Below, piece after piece: positions 22,920-33,981 of a stretch of 64,000 nucleotides of DNA. The DNA lies in the NCBI GenBank assembly GCA_965240325.2, contig OZ251240.1, positions 1,364,001 through 1,428,000 on the forward strand, in the 5' to 3' direction. Source of the DNA: Rebecca billardiae RCC1528 (lineage: Eukaryota; Protista; Haptophyta). The stretch's first letter is position 1; each line of letters starts with the position of its first letter. Both the position numbers and the translations under genes were made by a program. The notes beneath the pieces were generated by a model. That model was not told where the DNA came from, made no database searches, and was given only the letters and a program-made list of their open reading frames with translations.

Positions 22920-23010
22920 ATATAATAGCAGTCGTAGGTACTACGTAATATATATATATATATATATATAACGATTTTATATATACAATAATAATAATAA
23001 TTAACATAAT
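22920..23010. repeat. (TA)n/(AAT)n microsatellite island
   Basis: TATATA run at about 22948-22970 and AATAATAAT at about 22988-23001. Confidence 0.85.
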
Positions 23011-23995
23011 CCATCTAGCGACGATCGAACTCTAGAGTAGCGCAGTCAATACTGAGACGCCAGACGCGATAACGCCACGCGCAATTCGTCGCCCACGGTA
23101 CGGGCCTGCCGGGGCCTGGGCTCGGTCCGGCGGCCGGGTTGGCGGGTAATATTAAATCCTAAGGGAATTCCGTCATCAGTAAGCTAGTCATCATCAGTGA
23201 ACATCACCGACTGGCTGAATTATTGCCATTATCGGGCTCGCCGCGGTCGCCGCGCGCCGCTGACTTATAACTATATAAGTGACTGCTAGTGAACTAGTGA
23301 CTAACCGTACTCGCCGACACTTGCCGGACCGCGACGTGGGCATTCCGACGACGACGCGAATAATAAGGCGGCGGCCCCCAGGCCCAGCGGCCCCGGCCCC
23401 GCGCCGGCCGGACTACGGAGCCTAACAGTCCGAAACCGAGTTCAATGTCAGACCGCGCGACGAATCACGCGAACTCCGGAACTCGCCACTGCTCGGGCGC
23501 CCCGCTATGGCTCCGGCTTCGGTTGACCCCTGCCAGTCCGGTCATAGAAACGGAGAAACCGGGCGTACCGAAAATGAAAACGACCTTCGCGAGGTCGCAC
23601 GGAGGCGGTCGAAGGCTTGCTGGACTCGGGTTGGCGAGCTGAGCGCGAATCCGCACCGTTTGCCGCGATCGCTTGTTTTTACACGGCGCCAGAGCCCGAT
23701 TTTCACCATTTCTAAGATACTTACTCACTCATTACTTACTGCCACAGTGCCAGGACTCAGCGGAGTGCCAAGCCAGTCGGCGGCGCCGCCTGATGACCTT
23801 ATTCCGGGACGACGCCTCCGCGGGTCAGCGGTCCGATTCGACCGATGCTGCTACTCAGACGACTAGCAGACGACTAGGCAGCAGGCGCAGCCTAGTAGCC
23901 CTTAAGACGCCGGCTACGGCCCGGGCCCGGCCGTGCGACCCGAGGCCGGAACCGCTCTCGCCGGGCCAAGGCCCAAGCGGCTCCGAAGAATCAGC

Positions 23996-24691
23996 TCAGC
24001 TGAGGTGTGCAAATGTGCCATTCCCAGCAGCAAGTTTGCGCTTGGCCATGCGTAGCCCATCTCCCCACACCTTGACCCGACCGTCCGCGCGCCTGGTGGC
24101 CACCGGGTGCAGGTAGTAGTGGGCCTCTGTTGGCGTCGAGTTTGTCGGAGGTGCGTAGTTGATGCGCTTCCAGGCGCCGCCACGCTGCAGCACCATCTCC
24201 TCCCTAAGCTTGGCGTGCATGACGAAGCTAAGCGGGTAGAAGGGGAAGCCCAGCGACGGGTAGATGCGCGCGCGCGTATAATCCTCGTTGAAGACGAACG
24301 TATTCGTGTGTCGCAGCACCGCAAAAAGGCGGAGCACCGCGGCACCTGTGAGCGGTGCGGGTGGAGACGTGTCCTTGAAGTCGCCGCCGGCAAACTGCTG
24401 GGGAACTGCATCGGGCATCACGTGCATGCCCGGGCCGCCCATATCCACGACGAACGAGCGCGTTTGCTCGTTCCACGAACGCGCGTACGACATGTCGAAG
24501 AGGAACGTGGGGTTGAGGCCGCGGAACACGTAGACGCCCATCAAAGGAACCGGGATGTCAGCGCCAGGGCCCTGAAGCGCCCAGCTTGCGATGTCATCGA
24601 GCTGGCCCGGCGCAGAGATGGGGCGGAGGAGGGGCGACAGCAGCCAGCCGCAGAAGAACGAGAAGATCGCCAGCTTCATGCCCCCATCCAT
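23996..24691 (-). CDS. Hypothetical protein with hydrophobic N-terminus, paralog A
   Basis: Intronless ORF with first ATG at 24691, clearly homologous to 25915-26604 (shared 'LDDIxSWALQGP', 'FNEDYTRA', 'EEMVLQRGGAWKRIN.APPTNSTPT.AHYYLHPV'). Confidence 0.8.
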   Translation of the reverse strand: MDGGMKLAIFSFFCGWLLSPLLRPISAPGQLDDIASWALQGPGADIPVPLMGVYVFRGLNPTFLFDMSYARSWNEQTRSFVVDMGGPGMHVMPDAVPQQFAGGDFKDTSPPAPLTGAAVLRLFAVLRHTNTFVFNEDYTRARIYPSLGFPFYPLSFVMHAKLREEMVLQRGGAWKRINYAPPTNSTPTEAHYYLHPVATRRADGRVKVWGDGLRMAKRKLAAGNGTFAHLS

Positions 24692-25914
24692 GGCTTGGAG
24701 CGGAGCGCCGGCGGCCCCCGCGCGATCGCGCGCGCCCGCGAACGCGAACAGGATTGAAAGTCCGGGGATGATGACGATGGCGAACTTCCTCACGAGGGCG
24801 GCGCGAGCGTGCGCAGGTCCTCCTGGTCAACCGCCATGAACTGCCGCGCGTGCCCCGCGATGAGCGCGCCGCCGCCTCCGCCGCGGGGCGCCCCTCCAGT
24901 GCGATCCTGTTGCGCGTCTCGACATCGTACGCGTCGACGCGGAGATACGAGAGCCCGCCGAGCGCGCGCGAGACCCACCACGCGTTGGCCAGGCCAGTCA
25001 GCTGCAGCCACCGCGAGCGCCGCAGCACAACGACCTCGACGCGCGAATGAATCGTAGTCGAGCCGTGGCCCGGCCGCTGCGAGCGGCGCCAGGCCTGCCC
25101 TGTCGGTCTCGTTGTGGAGACAAGTGCTGCGGCGCGGCTTGATCTGCTGCCACCGGTTGCTGCCCGCTGAAGACCAGCGCGCGCCTGCGAAGCGCTACGA
25201 TGATAAACGCCATGTCCTCCAGCGCGGCCGAGCTGTGCTGATGGACTGTGAGTTGCGCCTCGCGTGTACGCACTGAGTCGCGGCACTGCACGACGGCGCC
25301 GTGCCTCTGCAGCATGGATCAACGGCGCCACTTCGCGGACAGCGGCCCCGCGCCGCGGCCCGCCAAGCTGCGGCGGCCGTGCTTGAGTCAGTCTTTGACT
25401 GACGGCACGGGACCGGCCGGGTCGACTGTGTCTGTTAGTGATCCTACTGTATATATATGTGCATATATATATATATATATACTAAATATTATTGAATTTA
25501 TAATTCGGACACAGTGGCCGAACACTCGGAGGCGGGCGAGCCCGAGGCGGCGGATGTCTAGTTACTGATGATGCGCTGACGACGCGCGACCCGGATCATC
25601 CATTGCTACTAGTCATGAGTGGCGCAGTGCCGCGATGCCCCACTTCAAGTTCAACGACTTACGACAGCGGGCCTCGGGCCGTCGACCGCAGTGCCGGCTG
25701 AAGTCAAAGTCCAATTCCAACATAGTAGATCGGCGGTTCCCCTCATCCAACGGCTCACCAGTCACCACTCGATGTCAGCACGGCGCCAGCTCGCATGGAC
25801 GCGGAGCAGAGGTCCGCAGGGCGCGCACTGCTGTCACAGCTTCCGACGGCTGCCGGCCCCCACGCTCAGCGCAGCAGCCCTTGTGTGCAGGCTCAGCAGC
25901 GCGAGGGCGCAATC

Positions 25915-26604
25915 TCAGCGGCACTGCTGGAACACACCTGCGCCCATCGCGAGCTTGCGCTTCGCCATGCGGAGGCCGTCGGCGACGACCGCCGCCTTGC
26001 CGTCGCCCTTTTTCGTCACGACCGGGTGCAGGTAGTAGTGCGCGTCGGTCGGCGTCGAGTTGGTCGGTGGAGCAAAGTTGATGCGCTTCCAGGCGCCGCC
26101 ACGCTGCAGCACCATCTCCTCCTTGAGCAGCCGGTTCATGACGAGGACGAGCGGGTTGTACGACGAGAGCAGTGCCGGCGAGATCGACGCGCGCGTGTAG
26201 TCCTCGTTGAACGTGAACTTGAGCGATGCTCGCAGCATTCGAAAGACGCGCATGAGGGTGCCACCTGTCCAGCTCGGCACGGGCGACGTCGTCTTGAACT
26301 CGCCGGAGAAGTCGCTCTCGCGAGCATCGGTGAGGTACATGAAGCCAGGCCCGCCCATATCGAGCACGAACGACCGATCCTGCGCCTTGAACCCGCGCAG
26401 GTACGACAGGTCCACGAGGAAGGCGGGGTTGAGACCGCGAAACAAGAAGACGCCCATGAGGGGCACGGCGGCGTCGCGTGAGGGCCCCTGCAGCGCCCAG
26501 CTCGAGATATCGTCGAGCGCGCCCGGATTGCCACACGGGCGCAGCAGCGGAGTGCACAGGAAGGCCACGATACCCACGAGCACGAGGCGCGTGTCGAGCA
26601 CCAT
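25915..26604 (-). CDS. Hypothetical protein with hydrophobic N-terminus, paralog B
   Basis: 229-aa ORF with host-like codon usage, a tandem paralog of 23996-24691. Confidence 0.82.
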   Translation of the reverse strand: MVLDTRLVLVGIVAFLCTPLLRPCGNPGALDDISSWALQGPSRDAAVPLMGVFLFRGLNPAFLVDLSYLRGFKAQDRSFVLDMGGPGFMYLTDARESDFSGEFKTTSPVPSWTGGTLMRVFRMLRASLKFTFNEDYTRASISPALLSSYNPLVLVMNRLLKEEMVLQRGGAWKRINFAPPTNSTPTDAHYYLHPVVTKKGDGKAAVVADGLRMAKRKLAMGAGVFQQCR

Positions 26605-26796
26605 GGCGGCGCTGCTGGCGAGGGTCTCGTTCGGCTCGGCGACCCGCGGGGTTGCTCGCCAGCGCGGTTGCGAGGACCTGAAGAACTGCCTACAGTTCAG
26701 ACTGGGATCCGGGCCGGCTTTTACCGGACCGGACGGCCGACGACGGTCGCACGGGGTTGCTCAATAACACTCCAGCTCGTCCTGATCAGATGCTGA

Positions 26797-27187
26797 TCAG
26801 TGATCTTCCTCCTCGTCGCTCCCCATGATGATCTCTGCAGCTGCCGCCGCACCACTGGCAGCGTCAGCGGCGGCCCCATCCGCCACCGGCACTGTCACCG
26901 GCACCGGCGGCGGCGCCGCCACGGGCGGTTCGGGCACGTACGGCGCCGCGAGCGATCCTGTCAGCGGGTCGCCCATGCCGCCGTCGCCGCCGCCGCCGCC
27001 GCCAAAGCTGGGTGCGACGTCATCGCGTGCGATCGCATCGCCCGCCGCGGTCATGCCGAAGAACGCCGACGCTTCGTGCTGCTGCGCGAGCGAACCGGGC
27101 GAGCCCAGCAGTGCGCGGTGGTCCGAGTCGACGGCGGCGGCCATGCCAGCTGGGCGCGCCGGCGTCGCGAAGAGCGCAGGGGCGGGC

Positions 27188-27239
<52 letters not shown>

Positions 27240-29184
27240 GCGCGGCGAGGCCAGAGGCGACTGCGCCGACGCGCGAGGCGACGCTCGACGCCGCCGCCCC
27301 CACCGCGCCGGCGCCAAGCGCCAGCGCGCCGCCCACGCCGCCTCCGCGGCCGGCACCGGCCGCAGCGCCGCCGCCGCCGCCACCCGCCGCCGCCGCGCCC
27401 GTGCCCAGCGACAGCTCGTGCGCGCGCTCGAACGCAGCGTAGCCTCCCGCCTGCGTCGTGGACTCCGCGAGCTCGCGCGTGCGCCGAAGCATGACGAGCA
27501 GGCCCAGGATGCCCGTGCCCAGCGCCGCGATGATCAGCCAGCCCACCAACACCCCCACGTAGTAGGCGGCCGAGCCGCGCACTCGGAACTTTGCATTGCC
27601 CGAGCCGCCATCGCAGTCGCAGGCGCACGTGCCGTTGAGCCCGCCACCGCCCGCGGGGGTGTCGGCGCCGCGCGGTGGGAGCACGCGCACGAGGTAGGGC
27701 GACGCGCCGACGTGCTGCCCGTACATCGTCACGCTGAGCGCGAGCCAGCCCACCTCGCCACCGCGCGCCACCGCCGGCGCATCCCCGCCCGTGCGCCCGT
27801 CGGCGCCGACGAGCGCTCCGGCGTTCAGCGCGCCCTCGGTGCGCACTGCCCAGGTGCCCTCCGCCTCGAGGTGCGTGCGCAGCGTGAGCAGCGGCGCGTC
27901 GGGGTCGTCCAGCTCGGAGAGCCGCTTCAGCGACGCGTGCACCGGCGCGCCGCTCGCCGCGTCACGCCGCAGCGCGCCATACTGGTCGCGCGCGACGACC
28001 GCCGCCTCGCAGCGCGCGTCTGCGGCGATGCCGAGGCTGCCGACGCAGCCGCCGGCCACGGCGGAGTGGCGCGGCGAGGTGTACGGCGCGGGGTCGTACG
28101 CGCGCACGCGGAGGTTGTCGATGGCCCAGCGCGCGCGCGCGTCGCCCGTGCCGCGCGAGCCCGCGGGCCTCACGCCCGTCCAGCGCACCGCCGCCGTCGC
28201 CGCGCCGCGCACGGGCACCTCGAGCGTGACCTCAGACCACGCGTGGAAGCACGAGCGCGCGGCGTCGGCCTGCGCGCCGCCGGCGGGCGTGGAGGCGGCG
28301 TTCGGGCTCGGGCCGACGCGAGCGAGCGGCGCCCACGCCTGGGCGGGCGCCGCCGCGTCCGCCGCCCACTCGACCACCGCCGCGCCCGCGCCGGGGCCGC
28401 ACTCGCCGCCCATGCCGCCCGCCGCCGCGTCGTCGCCGAACCGCAGCGCAAACTGAATCAGCGACACGCTCGGGAGGTCGAGCGTCGCCGTGGTCGCGCT
28501 GGAGTGGAGCGTGCGGAAGGCGAGGGCGCGGCCGGAGGCGTCCGCTGACGCGCACACGCCCGACACGCTCGCGTCCTCGCTCCGCGCCCACTTCTCACGG
28601 CGCAGCTCCTTCTCGTCGAACACGTCGGACCACACGGCCGGCGCGCCGCCGTCCGCGGGCGCGCCGTCGCGCGCGGTGGAGTAGCGGACGACGACGTCGA
28701 CGTCCGCGGCGGTGACGCGCTCGCCCATCTCGATCACGACGTACGCCGCGCCCGAGTCCGCCGTCACCGACGTCTTCCCCGTGGGGCGCTCGCCGCCGCG
28801 CGGCAGCCGCAGCAAGCGCCTCGACGAGTCGCCGCCCATCAGCCGAGGGTCGCCCTCGTACACGGAGAGCGAGCAGCCGCCGCCACCGGTGCAGTTGACG
28901 GTGGCGCGCTCGAGCTGGAGCACGATGCTCGCCTCTGGACGCAGCGGCGTGATCGCCCACGCGCGGCGCAGCGCGTGTGTGAGCTTGGTGCGGAACCGAA
29001 GCGTGCCCGTCGGCGCGAGCAGCTCGTCTGAGCCCTCGCCGCAGAGCGGCGGCGCATCGAGCACCGAGCGGGCCGCACCGACGCGAGGCGCGTCGAGGAG
29101 CAGCAGCAGCAGCAGGGTCAGCGCCGGCAGGAGCACGGCACGGCGGTGGGCGAAGCCCACGGAGCACCCGCGCATAGCAGGCAT
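26797..29184 (-). CDS. Type I membrane protein with CUB-like, reelin-like and filamin/Ig-like domains
   Basis: 795-aa ORF: signal peptide, CUB-like 'TGTLRF..WAITP..IVLQLE..C..CSLSVYEG', reelin-like 'WSDVFD..KW..VSGVC..ALAF..LDL..IQFALRFG..WAIDNLRV', filamin-like 'VARDQYG..LSVTMYGQHVGASPYLVRV' and a TM helix 'YYVGVLVGWLIIAALGTGILGLLVML'. Confidence 0.75.
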
Positions 29185-30036
29185 AGAGGCAGATGGCGAC
29201 GCAAGCTCGCCCCCTTCGCAAGCGGCGAGGCCACCGCGCGCCGAACAAAAGCAGTCCTAAAAGACCCCAGTCCGGCCTGAAAAGATTCATCCGGAGAACC
29301 GGGAAAGCCGCGAAAAGCGCAAAACTCAATAAAAGGCCATCAACAAACCGACGTCGTACAGAATTGATGAGCGCAACAGCGATGACAACTCGATCTGCCG
29401 ATAGACCCTTCGGCCGTCCGCCCGGCCGTCGTCGCGGCCGCCCTTGTGCAAGTTCAAAGGGCTGTTTGCGCAACACTGTACGACCGTGCTCCCGACGGCG
29501 GCTGCATTCTATGCACACGGTTTGTATTGACGGCCACCCGGCCGCGCGTAGCAGCGCGGTTGGTCACCGTCAGGTTGCAGCGGCGGATCCGCAATGGTCC
29601 GACAACGTCCGACCACGGAGCGGGCCGCGCGTTCGTTACTAGTTACTGACGCACACATTCCGCAGTATTTGTGGTTGTACCGGCTATGCGCCGAACCGGA
29701 CGAACCATGTCATGGGGCCTATCTTGCGCCCGATTGCGAGGGTATTGGCAAGTGCGTTGCGACCGAGCGGACCGACCGGTGGGTAATCTCGTTGCTGGTC
29801 ACGGGGGCGGCCACGCCGGTCCCGCAGTTACACCAATATCACCTGAGCGCTGACTGTTGACGCGTGGCCTACTCATCGAGGTTGTAGTTGGGCAGCGCGG
29901 GCTACGCGCGCCGCAACTGGCGGATGAGCCGGCGTCGGAAACTCCGGCCTCAGGTGGACGAATCATCGATCATCAAGCAAAACATCAGCGCAGGACTTGA
30001 AAAGGAAAGAAGCAGGGCTGGAATCTGCTAAAAACC

Positions 30037-30110
30037 CGAGCACGACCAGGTTCGAACTGGCGACCTTCTCATCCGAGGTGAGACGCGGTAATCCACTCCG
30101 CTACGTGCCC
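30037..30110 (-). tRNA. tRNA-Arg (anticodon UCG)
   Basis: GGGCACG acceptor stem, D arm GCGG-AGTGGATTA-CCGC, anticodon arm TCTCA-CCTCGGA-TGAGA, T arm GCCAG-TTCGAAC-CTGGT, A20 and G73. A T5 Pol III terminator follows at 30030-30034. Confidence 0.88.
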
Positions 30111-30434
30111 ATCCAGCAGCAGAATCGGGTCAGGAGCAGGGTACATGACCTCAATGTTTGCATTACAATGTTATCCCTGCTCGATTGTTGGTCCGGTCGT
30201 CTTTCACGCGCGCTATTCCGTAAATTGAAAAGAAAAGCACGCGTGACGATCGTCATCATCATCCTTTTTTTCCGCCGCCGACAAATTTTAATTTTGCTGT
30301 CGACGTCCGCCGACCGCCGTGGCCTCCCGCGGTCTCGACGATGACTGAGTCGGTCTGAGTCTGATAGTCGATTGCACTCCGAGACCGCTGGCGCTGGTGA
30401 GCATCGGACCGATCGCTGGCAGCATGAACATGAT

Positions 30435-32237
30435 TCAGCAGGCGACCACGGCGAGCACCTTGAACTTGCAGCCACGCCCCACCGACCCAGGCCCGGCTGG
30501 CGCGGTGCAGTTGCACCGCTCGCACGGCAGCGTGATGCTGAGCGTCGCGCGCGAGTACGGCGGGATGCCGAAGCCGATCACCCCGGAGAAGGCGGGCGTC
30601 CACGTTCGGTCCATCGCGAAGTTCTGCATGCGCTCGTCGTCCGCCTTGATGGCGAGCACGGCCGTCTGGGACACGCGCACGCCGTCCGAGCGCAGCGCGC
30701 GCAGCCGCGCGTGGTGCCTGCGCCAGAGCTGCACGCGCGGCAGCGGGCGCGGCGCGCCGTCCGCGCCCAGTGGCATCCGCACGCTCTTCATCCGCAGCTC
30801 GACCGTCCCCAGCGCCTCGTCGTACCCGCGCAAGTAGGTGAGCGTGACGCGCGGCGCGGCGCCAAACGCGAGGTCAAACTCGAGGCTCGAGCCGGGGGGG
30901 CCGGTGGTGATCCAGCCGGGCTTGCCCACGCGGTCGGCGTACAGGGTCCAGTTGCCCGAGCGCACCCTCGGCCCCTTCGCCGCCCCGTGCCCCGACCCCG
31001 CCGCGCCGCCGCCCGACCCCGCCGCCGCGCCGCGCGGCAGGTGCACCCTGGACGCGTCCGCGTGGAACTGCGCGGTCGGCCGCTCGCACACCTCGGCGCG
31101 CGAGAGGAGAGACGCGGGCGAGACTGGCGGGCGGAGGCGGGGCGGGGCGGCGTCGGCGGCGCGCGGCGGCTCGCCGCACACCGCGCGGCCCAGCTCGATC
31201 ACCGTGAACAGCAGCGCGTCGGCGATCATCTGGTGCGTCGTCCAGGCCGGGTGCGGCGCGCACTCGGACGCGCCGCGCAGCGCGCGCGCGCTCGACGGCT
31301 GCGCGCCGGCGGCGCGTTCGCTCTCAGCGGCGGCGGCGGGCGCAGGGAGGCCGCAGTGCGCGCCCCACGCGCGCGCCCACTCGCGCACCACGCGCGAGTA
31401 CCGCACGTGCGCCACGCCGTACGCCGCCGCCACCTCGTACGCCGGAGGCACGGCGTTCGGCTGCGCCGCCCAGCGGCCCGGGTACGTCTCGACCAGCAGC
31501 AGCGCGATGCGCGGGTGCGAGCGCAGCACGTACCGGAGGAGCGCCTCCGTGGCGGCGCGCAGCCTGGGCACGTCGCGCGTCTCCTTGAACTCCCACGCGT
31601 CGTTGACCGAGTAGTCCACGAGCAGCAGCGTCGGCACGCCCGCCTCCGCCTCGTCGCCGAACTGGCCGATCTGCGCGGGCAGCGACGGCAGCACGCCCTC
31701 GGTGGTCGTGCCGCCCGACGCGAGGCTTACAAAGTCGACGCGCGCGCCGGCGCGCGCGCCCGGGGCGCGGTAGTACCGCGCGAGCGCGTCGAGGAAGCGC
31801 TTCGAGTACGTGCACCCCGGGCTCCATCGCGGCAGCCCGGGCTGGTCGCACCCGCCGCCCGCGAGCATCGAGCCGCCGAGCACGAGCAGCCGCGCGTCAA
31901 ACGCGCCGGCCTCGGCCGGCGGCCGGTCGGCGCGCGCGCTGGCGGACGCCATCGCGCCGACGAAGCTCGCCCACGCGGCGCGCTGCGCCGCGCTCATCGC
32001 CGCGAGCGCCGCGGCCGAGCTGTCCGCGGTGAGCGCGTGGCCGTCGCGGATCGCTCCCAGGTCGAGCGCATCCTTCAACCGGATCGACCTCGGCAGCTTG
32101 CGGGTGCGGAACGGGACGACGGGCTTGCTGTGCGCCTGGGTGCACACGGCGCCGCTCGCCGGAGCGGGGCTCCGCGTCGCCGGAAGGGGAAGCAGTGCCG
32201 CGAGCAGGCAGAGCGATGCCTGCACGCTGATGAGCAT
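30435..32237 (-). CDS. Secreted SGNH/GDSL-like hydrolase
   Basis: Signal peptide MLISVQASLCLLAALLPLPA and SGNH blocks 'LLVLGGSM', 'SLASGGTT', 'LVDYSVNDA' and 'HPAWTTHQMIAD'. Confidence 0.75.
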   Translation of the reverse strand: MLISVQASLCLLAALLPLPATRSPAPASGAVCTQAHSKPVVPFRTRKLPRSIRLKDALDLGAIRDGHALTADSSAAALAAMSAAQRAAWASFVGAMASASARADRPPAEAGAFDARLLVLGGSMLAGGGCDQPGLPRWSPGCTYSKRFLDALARYYRAPGARAGARVDFVSLASGGTTTEGVLPSLPAQIGQFGDEAEAGVPTLLLVDYSVNDAWEFKETRDVPRLRAATEALLRYVLRSHPRIALLLVETYPGRWAAQPNAVPPAYEVAAAYGVAHVRYSRVVREWARAWGAHCGLPAPAAAAESERAAGAQPSSARALRGASECAPHPAWTTHQMIADALLFTVIELGRAVCGEPPRAADAAPPRLRPPVSPASLLSRAEVCERPTAQFHADASRVHLPRGAAAGSGGGAAGSGHGAAKGPRVRSGNWTLYADRVGKPGWITTGPPGSSLEFDLAFGAAPRVTLTYLRGYDEALGTVELRMKSVRMPLGADGAPRPLPRVQLWRRHHARLRALRSDGVRVSQTAVLAIKADDERMQNFAMDRTWTPAFSGVIGFGIPPYSRATLSITLPCERCNCTAPAGPGSVGRGCKFKVLAVVAC

Positions 32238-32949
32238 CGACCTATCCGCCGTGGACGACACCGCCGCGCCGTCACGCCATCGTTTCCCCGTCCAAGCTGC
32301 CCGGCCCGCTGCTGGCCCGGGCAGGGGCTCACAGTCACACACGGTCAGTCGTCAGTTCATCAGTCAGTGATAATTATGACGAGGCAGTCAGGCAGGCGGT
32401 GAGTCGCGGTGACTGTCAGTGACCACTGACTGTCATCAACTATTGAAGCGATAGCTGTCTCTGTTACCGGGTAGTCCGCCAGCCAGTCACATGAGGACTC
32501 ACATGCACTTCGGACTGACTGAGTATGTACCGATCGGACGTCAACTGGTCACCACAACTGAGTCCGTCTGTCGACTCGCCACTCACGGTATCTCGCAGCT
32601 GAGTCGCAGCCTGCCGGGCCCGGATGCGACCGGGAAGTGACGCGGCGGCAGTCGCGGGCGGCCCGCGCCGGACCGGTCGGCGGGGCGAGTCGGCCGCCGC
32701 GTCACCGTACCGTGCGTCACCGTGGCACGCGTGCGGCGCTGCATACGCCCGCCGAGCCCGAGGCTGAGGCCCCGGAACGGCGCGAAGAGCGTCGGACTGC
32801 GCGCAGCGGTCGGGTACCCGCACTCCGGGTGACACGCCGCCGGACGTGGGCGAGCGCCGAGCCGCCAGCGCAGCTCCCCCCGTGCGCCTCCAGGCACAGT
32901 GGGCGCGCGATCGGCACCCACGTTTGTCCCCTTCGCCCGCCGCGTCCCC

Positions 32950-33762
32950 TCACGCGCCGCCCGTGACCATCTGCCTGAACTCGAGCTTCGAGACGTACTT
33001 GGCGCCCTTGGGCAGCCGCGGCGGCGCGTCGACGCCGAGCGCCTTGAGCGCCTCGGCGCACTGCGCGACGGTCATGCCGCGCTTGGCGGCGTCGTACATG
33101 TCGTACAGCGTGTCCACCTCCTCCCGATCGAAGAAGAGCGTGGGCGACGTCAGGTCCGTCGCGTTGCGCAGCCCCTGCAGCTTGGAGACGAGGAAGGCGC
33201 GCGGGTCGTCCGGCTTGGCAAAGATGAGCGCCTGCGCGAGCTGCTCGAAGAGTGGCTGGAGCTGGTGCTTGTCGAGGTACTGCCGCGCCTGCATCTGCGG
33301 GTCCAGCTTCGTCCGCTCGCGCCGCACGTTCGACTCCGCCATCGGGTCCTTGCGCTCCTTGCCGCCCTTGAAGCGCGCCTGGATCTTGGACGCCGCCATC
33401 TCGTCGCGCTGCTTCTTGGTCTTTTGCTTGCGCCGCTCGCGCGCGCCGCGGTTCACCGCCTGCAGCTGCGTTGCTGCTGACTGCTCCTGCTCCTGCTGCC
33501 GCCGCTTCCGCTCCGCCTTGCGCTGCGCCGCCGTCTTGCGCGCGCCCTTGCCGCGCTGCGCCGCCTGCATCCGCACCGCCGCCGCCTGCTGCTCCTCGAG
33601 CTCCTCCGCGCTAAGCGGCGGCGGCGCGGGCTGCGCGGCGGGCGGCGGCGGCGGTGGCGCCGCAGGCTCGGGCGGCGCGGCATCCGCGGCGCCCGGCGCC
33701 TCCGCCTCCTCCTGCGCCTCCGGCTCCTCCGCCTCGGGTGGCTCCTGCTCCGCGTCAGCCAT
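32950..33762 (-). CDS. IQ-motif protein with EFCAB10-like (RIIa/Dpy-30-like dimerisation plus EF-hand) C-terminus
   Basis: Three IQ-like motifs (MQAAQRG, LQAVNRG, IQARFKG), 'YLDKHQLQPLFEQLAQALIFAKPDDPRAFL' D/D domain and an EF-hand-like 'EEVDTLYDMYD..ALKALG'. Confidence 0.78.
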   Translation of the reverse strand: MADAEQEPPEAEEPEAQEEAEAPGAADAAPPEPAAPPPPPPAAQPAPPPLSAEELEEQQAAAVRMQAAQRGKGARKTAAQRKAERKRRQQEQEQSAATQLQAVNRGARERRKQKTKKQRDEMAASKIQARFKGGKERKDPMAESNVRRERTKLDPQMQARQYLDKHQLQPLFEQLAQALIFAKPDDPRAFLVSKLQGLRNATDLTSPTLFFDREEVDTLYDMYDAAKRGMTVAQCAEALKALGVDAPPRLPKGAKYVSKLEFRQMVTGGA

Positions 33763-33981
33763 GGCGCTCGGTGTAACGCCAACCGCTGCAGCGGAAGGCG
33801 CTCGCATGCGGCAGCCCTCCAATCCGGGCGGGCGGGCGGGATAGCGCCCCCGGACCGGGTCAAATTGAATGGCCGAGCCGGCCGTTTGGCCGAGGTCCTG
33901 AAGCCGCGCTGCGCCTCGGCTTCAAACGCGACCGAGCGGCAGGCCGCTCTGCTGCCGCTGCTGCCCTCTCGGCCAACCCAG

